Positions 35,371 through 50,157 are shown, counted from the stretch's first letter. The stretch: DNA of 63,886 nt from Gracilinanus agilis (GCF_016433145.1 NC_058133.1:392277582-392341467); one strand, 5' to 3'. Translations and numbers: made by a program. The notes: a model not told the origin generated them from the sequence alone.

Positions 35371-38054
35371 GATCACCCAGAAAGTAGGAAGAAGGGACAC
35401 AGGCTGTGGTGTCACCTTGAACTACATGGAATTGGGAAGAAAAATCTGTTTGTAAAGTACAAAAGGAGATCATTCCTATAAGATATGGGAAACCTCACGT
35501 ACAGAATGTCAGGGCCAGGAAACAAAGGACAAGAGAATATATTAGAAATAGAGCTGTTCTTTACAACACAGGCTAAAAAAACAACCTGAAGGGAATTGGT
35601 CCCCAGGGAATGATCGTCATTTCCTGAAAGGTTGTTATGGGTTCCATATAAATTCTATTTTATTTTTTCCTTTAACTTGAAATAAATCTGTTCATGTTTT
35701 AAGCCTTGTGAGTCAGTGTACTTTTAAAGGAAGCTGGTGATGGAACTCTGGGGTTGGGATATGTCAGATACTGACGTTCCCATATTATCTGGATAGGTAG
35801 TCAGAAAGGTGAGGTTTCCCCAAAGTTTACCTGAACTCTTCCTGTCAAGAGGAAGCTTCTAACATAAGGATTATGTAAAAATCAGTTTTATTTAATTTAG
35901 TGAGTATTATTGAGTAACCTATGGCATGTTTAGCATTGTGCCATTTTGTTCTAAAAAGAATCCAATATTAAAAAAACAAAACAAAACACAGTTGCTACTC
36001 TTGCCCTCTGTAATAAAAGAAGCTTAAACCTGGAAAAAGTTACAGAACAGTCAAAAGAGCATATGATTATGACTTAGAAGACCAGAACTTGAATTATGAC
36101 CTCATTCTTACTATATGTGTGACCTAGAACAAATCTCTTAGCCTCTTTGGGCTTCAGTATCCTCTATAAAATGAATGAGTTGGACTAGAATCTCACAACT
36201 TTAAGTCTAATATCCTAATTACTACTTCTCATAGTTGGTACATGATATCTTCAGGTCAAAGGGAAACAGAGCCAAATTGGCTTTGAGGTTGCCAACACAT
36301 CTCCCTTCATTGTTAACCTGGCATCTTTTGCCAAAGAAAACCTACCCCAAAAAACAATGCTTTAGAGTCAATTCATCAAAGATCAAAGGAATGACTAAAT
36401 TTTTAGTTTTTTTTTTGTTTTTTTTTTAATGAGTAGCGGGAATTGATGAATCCTCAGGAAATGAGCCAAACTGTTAGGTAAAGCCAGGGAAGGCAAAATG
36501 AAATCTATGTGTCCACTTTACACATAATTTCCAACATTTCCAAACATATGTCAGAGGGAAGTCTAAACATCATCACAGTAATCACATAAGCTGTACTGGA
36601 AATAACAGTAATTGCTACCTTGTTTACTCATTAGATAGTTCTCCACTAAGCCCTTGACATATTCATTTTTTGAAGGGAAATAATTTGAGATTTTAAAACC
36701 TTAGAATTTGGGCTATTCCTTTGGGTGGTAGAGGGATTGTGGGCTAGAAAGGAGCATAGTACACTTAGCCAGCATGGTCATGTAAAGTGTATCTATGAAC
36801 TCTTCAAAAAACAGGAAGTCACTATCCATATTTTCTTAGCCCTGCTGGTAACAGAAATTACAAGGTTTTGCTAAGCATTGGGGCATAACTGGAGTGTTCT
36901 CAGCTCTCTGAATCCTTAGCTTCTAAGTCATCTCTTTCCTTTTTCATTTAGGAAGATTCTATTGGAAACTGAGCTCCATTCTGATATCAAAGCTCCAGGT
37001 CTCTGTTAATAACTGTGTCCCCTGGGCTAAGGAACCCAAATGTGGTTCTCAGAAACTAAGTGAGCTGAAGCAACTCCCCTGATAGGCTTCTAAAAGGGAA
37101 AAAAAAAACTACAGCTTGAATTCAAGTCTATTACTTTCACTATTTCTCCAGAACCAAATAACAAATGACTAAACATGGAGATCCAGACTATATATATTTT
37201 CAAAGACTGATGATTCTGTAGTACATCGCTGGGCCTCAATTTCTTTATCTGTAAAAATAATTGAGTTACTTGACTCTGGAGATCACTTCTAGCTTTAAAT
37301 CCACCATTAAAACTGAACAAAAACAAATTAAACAAGAAAATCAATGATCATAAAGCTTCCCAAGGTTATGTTTTTCAATGCCTTTGAGACATTTTCCAGT
37401 CAAAGTTAAGTATTTAATACTCTACTTGCCTAGAAAGGCAACCCAACCTTAATTATAAAATAAGATCCCAAAGGATCCTTTAAAGTGGGAGAAGCAAAAT
37501 CTTTTGTTAGGTTCTGAAGTTCCCCAATTATGTGAGGGGAAATAATGAGCCAGAAAAGTGAGAAATCCCCCTGAGGAGTACTCAAGCCCTTCAAAGAAAA
37601 AGCTTCCCAGGCTTTTGCCTGGGAGATGATGATATCACGTTCCACTGGTTCTATCAGTGGTCATTATAATCAGACAAGCCTCAAGAAGAGTGGACAGCAC
37701 TCTAAAGATGGAATTCTACAGTGATCTTCCATTTAGATGTCCCTATTTAACTTCCTCTATGGATAGCAATGAAGCTACTTCTATCCTAGCACTTGGATTA
37801 TTTGGGAGACTGGGCCAGGACTGGGTCGAATCAGTGTGAAGTCAGTTGTTCACCAGATGAGCAAAGACTCTCAATGGAGAAATGGCCAGAAGTACCAAGC
37901 AGACAAAGAGAGGAAAGATATGGGCTAGAGTATGAAGATGGAATACACATCCAGAAAAGCAAATGGCAATAGGGACATAGTCTGCTAGGAGTCAACTTTC
38001 ATTGATGATTGTTTTGACCAAAGAGCCGGTGCTTTTAAGTAGTGTAGAAGTGTA

Positions 38055-38056
<2 letters not shown>

Positions 38057-38096
<40 letters not shown>

Positions 38097-38310
38097 TTTA
38101 CAGTACTTTAAGGTTTGTAAAGCTTTTTACAAATATTTTATCCTTACAAAAACACTGAAAGGTAGAACTGTTATTTTCATTTTACAGATGAGGGAACTGT
38201 AGAAAGAGGTTAAGGGACTTGCCCAGGGTCACACAGCTAGTAAGTGATTGAGGCTGGATTTAAATTCAGATCTTTTGGCCTCCAAACTGTTCTACACTTC
38301 CTGTTCTACA
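38057..38310 (-). mobile_element. MIR with an (AAT)n microsatellite tail (38057-38097)
   Basis: (AAT)n, then ttacagtactttaaggtttg...cattttacagatgagggaact...gcccagggtcacacagctag. Confidence 0.85.
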
Positions 38311-40499
38311 TAATTGCTTATCATCATACATTACAACCCCTTGAAGCTCAAATACCACCAGAGAGTGAAGTAACCAGGACTGTTCAATCACTTGGAAACT
38401 CATCAATCAAAAATGTAATATTTAATGAGTATCTGATAGGTACAAGGCACTATATACTAGGCTAGAGATGCTGAAAAGTAAAAGTCATGATCTAAGTCCT
38501 CAGGGAATTTATAATCTAGTTGGAGACAAAAGAACTGAACCCAGGAGAAGATAGCTAATTTAATAATTGCAATGGTGGTCAGTGGAGTAAAACTAATTGC
38601 AGTATAAGGAACTAATGGGAAGGAAAAAAAGTATACGGTATCAAAGACAATTTATACTGGATTGACAAGCAAAAGAAGGCTGCCCCTTGCCATGGATGTT
38701 GGCAGGTTGGTGTAGCTCCTATACTTTTGGTAGATTACAGCTGAAAAAGATATTAGAGGATATCTTGTCCAATCTTCTCATTTTATAGGTAATAGGACTG
38801 GAGGTCAAAGGAGGAAAAGCTGGCTAATCAAGATCCCACAAGTTATATGTGACAGAGGTGGGATATGAACCCAAATCTTTTGACTCTTGATCAATTACTC
38901 TTTCCACCATACTTTGGTATCTTTTAAAACTGAAGCTACACTCCGACTTCCATGACTACTGGATGACCTGGGAAGGCCACAAAGCCTTTATTTTCATTGG
39001 GTAAAGGGCAAAATCAGATGATCATAGCACTCACTGTCAGTTGCAAATCAACTGTCTCTATAATTCTTAGTATCCCTTGGAAATATGAAAATGAAAATCC
39101 TCATTCAAGATTCTCCTTCAAAAGTTCTTTAAACTGGGCTGAAAGCCAGGAGCAATTCTACTTGCTTTTGGACATGGGCAGCATACCAACACCATTTTAC
39201 TACTGTCATGTTCTGCTTCATCATTGAGAGCTGAAAGTAAGAACTAAAGAGATCCATTAGATTACATCTCTCAAAAAAAGAGAACAATGTATGGATAGGT
39301 ACTTGGAATCAACTTGGGTACTGTCCATATCAGCTGCTCACAAATAGCTGGCTTTCCTCCAGGGGTTTCCCTTTCCAGTTGCTATAAATGTACCATGGGT
39401 CTAAAGTACACCAGCAGTCTCTAACAAGATACTGCAATAATTCTCCATTAAAACTCATTTATATGACTCAGGCTGCACTTCAGAATGCTCATTTTCTCAG
39501 ACAACAGGAGAGGAAGAAAGAGTACATGCCTAAGTCTATCCCACTGGGGCATAGTTCATTATGGTCACTCACATGGAACATGCTGGTGGTTCCATGCATT
39601 CTCTTATGGGAATGTCCCATACATTGATACTGATGGCTTAAAAAAGAAAACCATGGACCTTCCATCTTAAAATTAATATTGAAGAGAAGACTGTTAAGGG
39701 CTGGGCAATGGTGGTTACGTGACTTGCCCAAAGTCACATAGAGTCACATAGCTAGGAAGCATCCATTTTTATAAAATGGAAACCTAAAGGGTATGGTGCC
39801 ATTAGTGACAATCTTTAGCGTTTAGAAGGTGAGCTCCTTCAGAGAAAGAATGGTTTTGCTTTTCTGTTTCTATCTCTGGAACTTACCACTGTGAATAAAA
39901 CATAGTAAGAACTTAAATACATTTTATTCATCTATTGACATTCATTCAATTACTTCACTCTCTAGGTCATCTATAAGATTAAGGGAGTAGATTAAATGAT
40001 CTCTGGTGTCCTTTCTTTAAATCCTAATAATGGATAGTCAAACACACTAATTACAAGTCAATGCTAAGCATAGTTGAGAGATGAGGGATTAAAATAATTT
40101 GGTTTCATGGGGGTTCCATGACTACAAGGGGTAGAGAGCTCATAGCTTTTCTTTGATAAATTCAGAATAATTGCATAAAGGAGGAATATTTTTAGAAATC
40201 CTTGAGAGAGGTAGAAGAGGAAGCATTATGAGAAGCTTAGATATAAAGTAAGTAGGATAGATTCACTCAAGAAAAATTCTTAGTTGGTTAGCAGGACTAT
40301 GAACCAGCCATCAGCTAACACAGTATAACAGAAGGGGCCCTAGATTTAGAATCAGAGGATAAGAATTTGAGTACTGATCCTATCATTTGTCAACTCTGTG
40401 ACCAGGTGCAAGATATTAAAATTCTCTGAGTCTTAATTTACTCATCAGCAAAATGGGGTAATAACACTTGCTTTACCTAATTTATAGAGTTGTCATACA

Positions 40500-42700
40500 G
40501 AAAGTACTTTATAAGACAGACCTGATAAGACTTGGCAACTGCCTGGATATTAGGAGTGAGTGAAAAGAAGTTCAGAAATATCTCATAGTTGAAAAATGGG
40601 TGACTAGAAGAATGGTCTTACCTTCTATCACATATCTAGATATAGCTTATGACACACTAAGTAGGATGCTGGGCCTAGAATTAAGAAGATTGGCTTTTGA
40701 ATCCAGCCTCAAATACTTACCAGCTGTGTCTGAACCTTGGCAAATCACTTAATCTGTTTGCCTCAACTTCCTCAACTCTCTAATGGAGATAATATATCAC
40801 CTACATTGTAAGGTTGTTGTGAAGACCAAATAAGATCATATTTATAAAAATTGCTTGGCATAGTTCCTAGCACATAACAGATACCTTGTGAAAGCTTATT
40901 CTTATCTCTCTTCCACATAAATATGAACTTTATGAAGAAACCCAGGGGACTTTGTGGGGGGCAGTAATAATTTCTGTTTTAGATACTGATTTGGGGATGT
41001 CTAGAGAATAGTCATTTGAGGATTCCCCATAGGCAGCTGGTATTGTTGGATTAAAAGCTTAGGAGAGAAACTAGGATAGGGTATATAGATTTGGATGTCA
41101 TTTTGTTAGAGGTGATAGTTCAATCCATGGAAACTAAAAAGATAACCAAGAGTGAGAGTATACAGTGGAAAGAAAAAAAGGACCAAGGAAAACACCATGT
41201 TTAAGGCCAGATAGTTATGGATAGTTCAGAAAAAAAGAAAACTGAAGAGAATAAGTTAAATAGGTATGAAGAGAACCAGTAGTGTTGTGAAGATTCAGGG
41301 AGAAGAAAGGAACCATGAGAAGGGGTTATCAGTAGCATCAAATGTCGTAGAGAGGTAAAAAAAAAGTTGAGAACTGAGGAAAGGCTACAGGATTTTGAAA
41401 TTAAGAGATTGTCTGTTACATTGAAAAAAAAAAGTTTGACATAACTGTAGGTGTCCGAGGGTTAAAAAGTGAGTGAAATGTTTAGGAAGTATAGGCACCA
41501 AGGCAGATAATTTCTCTAGCATTTATAATAAATGGGAAGGGATATAGGATTATTATCTGAGGAAATATCAGGGCCAAATAAAGGATTTTGAAGAACGGCA
41601 AATATTTTAGAGTGTTTGTCTACAGCAGAAAAAAAGCCATTAGATAGAGATTAGAAATTAAAATGAAGAGAGTGGAGGTATGAGGAACAGAAATCATCTA
41701 AGAACCAAGTTTCCATAGGTAATGGGGAAGGATAAGATGAAGTACCATATCGTATTGACAAGAAGATGACATCCTTTATTCAAAGACTAGGACAAAGCAA
41801 TATAAAAAAATAATATTGAAAGTCATTTGAGGCATAATCCTGGAGGAAAGAGAGAATTTAAAATGGATGACCACATTTTTTTTCTTTTTGTAAGTATGAA
41901 GAGAAGGATTCTATTAAAAGAGTGGAAAGGAATGACATAGATGGTTTGAGAAGAGAAGGCAAGGTTTAGAAGGAATGCAAGGAGGAGTATAATAACTGAC
42001 AGAGCAGAAGATTTGTCAAGCATTGGAAAGCATATAGTTGAGATTAAATGACATAAATTTGTAGTAAACCTAGGTAGCAAAGTTGTATGACTTCCTGAGG
42101 TGGCATTTAGCAACAGTAAAGTAGGACCAGCGAAGGAAGTTACTGGGGGGTAGTAATCCAGAGACAGGATTTAGAAAGAGAGGAGTGGCTATAAAACAAG
42201 GGAATAGGGAATTCAAAGGTAAAGGATCACATATTTAAACTGATTAATTATAGAGTTAAGAAGATTGGGAGACTGAGGCCAGAGAGAGGATAATGTACTG
42301 AGAAAACAGAGATGAGAACCATGGAATTAATAGAAATTGTGATATGGACTGATAAAGGAGAATTTGTTAAGAATGAGACAGAGGGCAAGATGGAACGTTA
42401 GGATGTTCTTCAGAGAATGAATTTCAGAGTTGTGGATAATGGAAGCAAAAAATAATGTGTGAGTCATGGGAAGTTCAGTGTCGGTATATAGTTAAGTTGG
42501 AGTGAAGGTAGAGGACATGAGAGTTGAGATTGATATTCTTAGGGGTCAGAATGTTTGAGAAGACAGGGACTAGCATACTGATGTACAATATAAGATCAGG
42601 AGTTGGATTGGAGAGAAAGATTTTGAGTTAGATAACTAAGCTCCCTCAGAGAAAATTGAGAAAATAGCTTGGGACCAATAGATGAGTCATCCCATAGAGC
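40500..42700 (-). mobile_element. Long L2 ORF2/3' remnant with a MIR insertion (~40640-40910)
   Basis: agacttggcaactgcctggatattaggagtgag; gtatatagatttggatgtcattttgttagaggtgatagtt; atcaaatgtcgtagagaggt...gagaactgaggaaagg; gaggtggcatttagcaac. All are typical L2 motifs. Confidence 0.8.
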
Positions 42701-43129
42701 TTAGTTCAGACCAGCCTCTTGATGCTGCATTTGCTCGTAGGTAGGGTTTCTTTTCTGGAATTCCTTTTGAATTTGCCATATTTCTAACAGGACCACTGAA
42801 AATTTACTTTTGGGTATTCTGTGAGCAAATGAAGTGAACAAACAATTATAAGGGGAATTTATTTATCTTTATATACTTAGCAAGACCAATTATTTTCTAG
42901 TACTTTGGGAGCAATTTACATACAGACAGTATATATGCCATGTAAATAGAGGTCAGTCAACTGGGAGTGGTGCTTTGAAATCAGAATTACAAATCATTCT
43001 AATCTACTTAAACAAGGTCACTAATTTCAATTACATTTCATATCAACAATTTTTTAAAAATCTTAAATGAGTATAGTCAATTTTAAAGTCATTGTGAAAA
43101 TAACTAATACATTTTTGGTGCCTATTACG

Positions 43130-43660
43130 CATGTATAAGGAGGTAAATGGCAAAAAGAAGGGCCTCATATATACCAAAATATTTATAATGTTTTTAGTAA
43201 TTGTAAAGAATTAGAAACAAAGTAGATGCCCATTGGTTGGGAAATGGTTAAACAAGTTGTGGTACATAAATATATTGGAATATTATTATACTATAAGATA
43301 TGATGAATATGGTATATAGAAAAAAGCATGGAAAGACATATACAGATGCAAAATAAAGCCAGGTGAACTAAGAAAACAATATATACAATGATTACATTTG
43401 GAAATGGAAATAGCCACAATAAAATAATCAAACTGAATGCAGCAAAATTGTAATAATAATGTTTGGCCTCAAAGAAAAAATAAAAGAAAATGTCTCTTCT
43501 CTTTGTAAAGGTCAGAGGGCCCTAAGTGTATGGAACACTGCACTGTTTTCCCCCTTTCTTCTTCTTTATTTTACAAGGTGGTTCTCTGGAAGAGGGATAA
43601 GGAAAGAATGGGAATGGAGGTGAAATAAGAATAAAAATACCAATAAAATTATTTTTTTCA
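43130..43660 (+). mobile_element. L1 3' end
   Basis: aaagggcctcatatataccaaaatatttata...gatgcccattggttgggaaatggttaaacaagttgtggtacat... Confidence 0.8.
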
Positions 43661-45305
43661 TTCTATAATGCAGATTTTTGTCCTAACCTACAAGCAGGTC
43701 TTCTACACAAGTTTTCTATAGCTATAAGGTATTTTAATTCCCTCGATGAATTTTTCAGTTGATTTTTTTCTTTATTTCTGTCCATGTATTCTCTGTCCAA
43801 AAGCTTCCAGGCAGGAAGAACATATCTCTCTCATTAAACAGTTTTCTGTAGCATATTGATGCTCAAGTATCTAGGAAAGGAATTAATTAATACTATCCTA
43901 GTAATATTCTAAGTTTTATATAGTTAAATACAAATGCTGAAACAATTACATATCTATATATGTGTATATATGTATATTTGTATATATATATACATTATGT
44001 ATATATTAAGTATACACAGGCATGTACATATATTTATATATTTAGTATTTACTTACTGGCATGTATAAATAGCTTCCATTATAAACTTTAATAAAGGAAA
44101 AATAAGATAGATAATATTAAAAATGATCTTCTGGGACACACATAATAAATGACAAAAAAAAGTTAAAAATAAATAAATAGCCTCTATTAAACCCTACTTT
44201 GATACCTTATTATGGCCTGAACATATCCCTGGTCTAATTGAGTAGAACAGAAACTCAGGCTGGTACATCAGGCACAAAGGTGAAATGTCATACTTGAAGC
44301 AACTTGGCTAAGCTTGTATTATTTCCAAAGCACTTGATCACCAGTTAATTAATTTTAATTTAAAATTCTAATTCATGAAGACTTTGACTTATGGTGGAAG
44401 GCCATGTCTATACCAATGCAATCATGCATTTTCAGAAGTGATGAAGTATTTATCAACACAGCCAATGATCAGAATGCTGTGTGTGATATTGGATTCCATT
44501 TTCTTTTGGAGATGCTGCATGATTCACCAAGTTGTTCACGATTTCCATACAAGGCATAGGCTTTTCTCTAAAAATAGTTTATTGAATTATTTGTTCAATT
44601 TGGAAAAGAACAGATTGGAATTGGTGACATCTGTTATTTGTTCCATTTGGTTTGGAGCTCGCATAAGCCTTATAGCTGTACAATCACTATACCTCAGTAA
44701 ACGTGATGTTAAAGCTACGTGGATCACAACAGATCTGTTGTACGAGACAAGTCAGCTCTTGTGTTCCTCCAGAAATGTCATTACTTACTAAGGTGTAGTT
44801 CAAGGCAAGGCCACCAGAATTAAGCGTGTGCTGGATAACTGCATCTAACTTCATTTAGGAGAGAGTATCATTGGCTACCCATTAGTAGTACATTGACTTC
44901 TTTTTTACAATAATGAGTGGGCCAGCTACAGAATTAAAGGCCTACGGAACCACTATCTCTCTATGAGCCCATCAATTCTTCTATTGCAATCCTTCAAAAA
45001 CTTCAAGAAGAACCACCAGCTACTTGGACTCCATGTGTGCTCCTCACTAAGCAAAAAATGCTGGGTTTTTCTTATTCCTTTTGCCTTTTTTCTCCACCTT
45101 CACAATTAGGCTATAAGTTAGGTTGATCTGTCTAGAGAAAACAGTCTCAGATGATTTCTACTAATTACTTTTACCATGATCACCTGAATGCTGGGTTTCA
45201 TTGGGACATATTAGTAATACCTCTTAGTTTTGTCCAGGATGAATTGAATAAAAAAAAAGTCTCATTAGAGATTTTCTTCCTTCCTCCCTTCTTTCCTTTT
45301 CCTTA

Positions 45306-45307
<2 letters not shown>

Positions 45308-45369
<62 letters not shown>

Positions 45370-45755
45370 TCTNNNNNNNNNNNNNNNNNNNNNNNNNNNN
45401 NNNNNNNNNNNNNNNNNNNNNNNNNNNNNNNNNNNNNNNNNNNNNNNNNNNNNNNNNNNNNNNNNNNNNNNNNNNNNNNNNNNNNNNNNNNNNNNNNNNN
45501 NNNNNNNNNNNNNNNNNNNNNNNNNNNNNNNNNNNNNNNNNNNNNNNNNNNNNNNNNNNNNNNNNNNNNNNNNNNNNNNNNNNNNNNNNNNNNNNNNNNN
45601 NNNNNNNNNNNNNNNNNNNNNNNNNNNNNNNNNNNNNNNNNNNNNNNNNNNNNNNNNNNNNNNNNNNNNNNNNNNNNNNNNNNNNNNNNNNNNNNNNNNN
45701 NNNNNNNNNNNNNNNNNNNNNNNNNNNNNNNNNNNNNNNNNNNNNNNNNNNNNNN
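45308..45755. repeat. (CT)n microsatellite running into an assembly gap (N 45373-45755)
   Basis: Seen directly. Confidence 0.97.
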
Positions 45756-46539
45756 TTCTTGTCAGGATATCCACCTTCCATTGTTACTTATATTCATTTA
45801 TTCCTGCTTGAGTACATCTGAGGTAGCCTAAACTTTTCTAATAGAATTTTGTTCAGTCAACCACTGAAGAATACTTCCTGCCACCTAGTGTGTAGTGTTT
45901 GTTACTACAATACTTTAGTCTTCAAGTTACATAAGATTTTTGTGTTCCAGTGGCGGGACAGGCAATGAATAGGACCCACAAGGGTTCACTGTTTTATTAA
46001 CAGGAAAATAAGCTTAATTTTTTTAAACTGGGAATATGGTAAACAATTTCATTGCAATTATAATTTTTAAAAGGCTATATAGTGGACTAGACTGAGAGAC
46101 AGAAGAACCAGTTTCTAGTCCCATATCTACCATTAAATAGTTGTATGACCTTAGAATCCAATTTACCTTTCGAGAACTATTTTCCTTTATTTTGAGCACA
46201 TAATAATAACAAATAAAAAATATTTGTCAAATGAGTGCCAAAGAAGGAAAGATTAGATATATCTCTCCTAGTTCTAAAAACTTAGAATCATACAGTTTCA
46301 TTTTAGCTCTGCTAGGCACTATAAACACCATATAAACAAGTCAAGTCTTCCCAACAAATTCTTTCTGCCCCAAGTATCTACCCTATCTACTTACCTGGAG
46401 TTCCACAATTACCTGCTTTTATTTAAAAGTCAACTGTACCTGATCAAGTTAACATAGTAGTTTACTAGCTATTTATACCTTAATGTAAATTTATTGAAAT
46501 CATTCCTTTCAGGAGGCTTTAGTGTATTTTTATTATATC

Positions 46540-47760
46540 CAAGCATTTCAGGCCAGAAAGGTATGTTAGGGGCCATCCAATCCAACCAACCCATGCCTAA
46601 ACAAACATGTTTTCTCCAATAGCCATGACAAGAGTTCATTCAAATTTTTCTTGAAGACCTCTAATAAGGAAAAATCTTCAACCTCCAAGGTAGTCCATTC
46701 CATGTTTGGACAGTGCTAATCATGATTACGTTTTTCCATGCCTCATCTCTTTACAACTTTGCTTAAAGACTCTATCCATTGGATCTAGGGCTACTGAGGG
46801 CAAGCAGAACAAATCTAATCCCTTTTATGTTCACTAAATTGTGGAAGATAGCCATGATATCATCTTTAAGTCTCCCCTCCTCTGGCTTAAACATCCCTAA
46901 TTCCCTCAAAATATTCTCATATGACACTAACTGAAGTCTTTTCACCATCCTGGGTGCCTCCCTCTGAGCACTCTCTAGTTTATCAATGTCCTTTTTAAAT
47001 TGTGACTTCTAGAATGAAACATAATACTCCAAATGTGGTCTTATCATGAGTAATATTTATTATCCAAATTCCAAAATTCTTGAGCACCAGTCAGTTGCAG
47101 ATAGCACTGTATATTATCTTTGTGGACCTAGTCATAATTCCTTTCAGTGTAGACTAAGGTTTTTTTGTTGCCACATCACACTGTTGTGACATATTGAATT
47201 TTCATTTAAATAACCCCCCAAGAGCTCTTTCAGATGAACTTCTAACTAGTTGTGCTTCTCCCATCTTGTACTGAAGAGGTTGATTTTTTTTCAAATCATG
47301 TAATACTTTACATTTATACTTACATCAAATTTCATTTGACTAGAACTTTCGGTCAAGAGTTTCATTGGTGTTCTAGCCTGTCAGGGACTTATTGGATTCT
47401 TTCTCTTCCATCTAGTATGTTAGCTTTCCTTCCTAGCTTTGTGTTCTCTATAAATTTGGTAGAAGTATTATTTATAACTTTATAGAAATAACTGATAAAA
47501 TTTCTGAACCTACCTAACTGTACTATTATATTGTCCATAGCTTTCCATCTTTTCTAAATGTTAGGGTGAAAAATATAGTTAAATGATTTGATTAAATCTA
47601 GACAACTATATCCATACAATCACCTGATATTCCAGTCTAATGGTCTCATCTACCCTCTCCCAAAAAATTAAAAAAGAAATTAGTCAGGAATGACTTGTTT
47701 TTGATGAATTCTTGTCACCTCTGCTAACATTGCTTTCTTTCTTAGTTGTTCAATATCATC
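46540..47760 (-). mobile_element. L3/CR1 3' ORF2 region
   Basis: ttcttgaagacctctaata...ccattccatgtttggacagtgct; ttttcaccatcctgggtgcctccctctgagcactctctagtttatcaatgtcc; aatcacctgatattccagtctaa. Confidence 0.8.
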
Positions 47761-47770
47761 CCTTTAATAA

Positions 47771-47965
47771 GGGCAGTGAGATAGCACAGTAAATAGAAAG
47801 CAGGGAATTTGGAAGGCCTGGGTTCAAATTCGCCCACAGACAGTTCCTAGCTGTGTGACCCTGGTCAAGTTACATAACCCCAATTTATCTAGTCCTTATT
47901 GCTATTCTGCCTTAGGACTAATAATTGGTATCAATTCTAATACAGAAAGTAAAGATTTTAAAAAT
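47771..47965 (+). mobile_element. SINE1-type SINE
   Basis: gggcagtgagatagcacag...gggttcaaat...ctagctgtgtgaccctgg...aattctaatacagaaagtaaag. Confidence 0.8.
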
Positions 47966-48674
47966 AATACATTCTATAATTTTTTTTAGAAATTGAAATT
48001 CACAATTTTACTAAGGGCTAATACTAGTCTATTATAATAAAATGCCAAAATGAACTATCAAATTAAGTTTATCCCTTTTCAGAGAGATAGAGACAGAATA
48101 CATGAATGGCCAAAAAAGAGTTTTTCTGTCGTCTCACATAATACTAAGATAGGCTTTCAATAATCTATTCCTCATCACTCACAGAATAGAGAATTAACTT
48201 ACTATTTTTCCCCTTTTCCCAAAAAAAGAAAGAGGCAATATGGCTGATTAAGAATTTTCTACAGGAAAGGATTGCATTGTTATGCTAAAAAAATCTCCTT
48301 GAGTTTCACAAAGTGAACTGAAAGATTAGATGAACATCTTTATTCCCAAAAAAAAGGCCAAGGAAAATGAGTACTCATCATTACCACAAAGGTAAAATGA
48401 AGAATTGTCCCCACTTGGGGCAGGAGGTCATATGGGTAGAACAGAATGTGGCAAAGTATCAATGGTCATCGAGCACCTTCTCAGAGTAGGCCAATTCAGT
48501 CAGTCAATGGTGCCATAGCCAACTGAACCAGAACAAAGATCTTTCTGTGTCATTTGGAAGTCAAAGCTCTGCAGTCAAATTGGAAGCACGGTGTTTTGTT
48601 CCAGTCTTTTAACGACCAATTCTCTGAGAGTAATTGTTCAGAAGCAGAGATTATAGATTTAGGATAGTATCTAG

Positions 48675-48741
48675 CTTTCTTAGGGATCCATCCGGAAATT
48701 CAAGATTCAGAAGAAACTTCCCAATATGTCCTAGATGGGAC
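48675..48741 (+). repeat. Left arm of a 67-bp inverted duplicate (partner 50273-50339)
   Basis: ctttcttagggatccatccggaaattcaagattcagaagaaacttcccaatatgtcctagatgggac; 54/67 ungapped identity to the reverse complement of the partner. Confidence 0.85.
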
Positions 48742-49919
48742 TTCCTGGACTAGTCTATCGTAGTGGAGCAGATACTAAAGCCACCAGTGACTGAGGTTAT
48801 TTCCAAGAACCCAATCAAATTCTGAGTTCTTATGAAAAAGAGAAGTGGGGAGTAGAAAGGGGAAAACACACAAAAATGATGTTCTGTGCATCCAAATGGG
48901 AAATAGGTGCTTTCCTAAGATAGAGCTGTACAAAATAAGGACAGGAGAGATACCGTGGGGAAGTCTCTCCATATGGATACCACTGTGAGTAAAGGTAACT
49001 ACCACGTTCAAAGAAAGTGTGGGTATGTACACATATCCAAGACCTGCCTGATACCAGCAAACATTTAGCCATTTTAGCATTATAAGAGTAATGAGTGAAA
49101 GAATTAGAATACCTTCATGAGAGATCTCATTTTATTATGCTTTAGGTTATCTAGCACTACTTTGCTAGGTTGCGATTTACCTTCGTTATAAATGTAAATG
49201 CACACTTAAGCACACAGGTCACCTTACAGAGCAAATAGCCTCTATTTAAGGGGTCCTCCAGTAATTCTTGCTTCTAAGAGCACAATTACTGCCATACTTG
49301 CTGAACTGAGACTTTTCTGAAGAATGAGTTTTGTGCATTGCAAACGGTGAAATCATCTTTCATGAAGGTCCTAAAAATCTTGGACGCAGAAAGGCTAATG
49401 GAACACAGGAACTGAAAAGTAATTTAATGATGCCAAATCAAATCAAGGGCATAACTGGAGTTATCCTAATGCTGTATGAACTGTCTTAGAGGGATCACAA
49501 ACTCCTAGAGGCCAGTAGTGTGCTTTCTGTATCTCCCTAAGAGTCTATCTGTCACGCTGGAGAGTTAACAAGATGAATGAATGCCCAAGAGCTATATGAG
49601 TAATGGCAATAAGACTGATAATGATAACTGATGACATTTATATGAGGCTTTAAGATCTGAAAAAACACTTTACAGACATTATTGCGTTGGAGACCCACAA
49701 CAAATCTGTCAGTGAGAGATTCTAGGTATGTTTTACTTTCACAGAAATAGGAAAACCAGCTCAGAGAATTTCAATGATATACCTTTAGTTATATATAAGA
49801 CTAATTGTCAAAAGCCACTATTAAGACCAGGTCTTCCTTATTCTAGTTTCAATTGTCTATCTAGAATAAAGCACTTACATATTCTTAGCTGAGGGATGCT
49901 CTAAGTATAGAATAATGTT

Positions 49920-50157
49920 CTTTTGTTGTTCGGTCATTTTTCAGTAGTGCCCTTCTCTTTGTGACCCCATTTGGGGTTTTCTTGGCAAGGATACTAATGG
50001 TTTGCCATTTCTTCTCCAGCTCATTTTACATATGAGGAAACTGAGGTAAACAGAGTGAAATTACTTGCCCAGGGTCACATAGCTATTAAATGTTCAAGAC
50101 CAGATTTGAATGAGGAAGATTCCTCTCTAATTGGTACTCTACATACCACCTAGATAC
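49920..50157 (-). mobile_element. MAR1 SINE
   Basis: ttgttgttcggtcattttt...gaccccatttggggttttcttggcaaggatac...catttcttctccagctcattttacatatgaggaaactgagg. Confidence 0.85.

Noticed and set aside
41823-42113. 96-aa ORF as a host gene
   Set aside because: It lies inside a decayed L2 remnant.
44790-44850. KRVLD resemblance to filovirus nucleoprotein (KTVLD)
   Set aside because: Four-residue match with no flanking support. The block stays unassigned pending a real search.
45151-45831. ORFs of 169-226 aa (and those at 11034-11597)
   Set aside because: Open only because of N runs and (CT)n.
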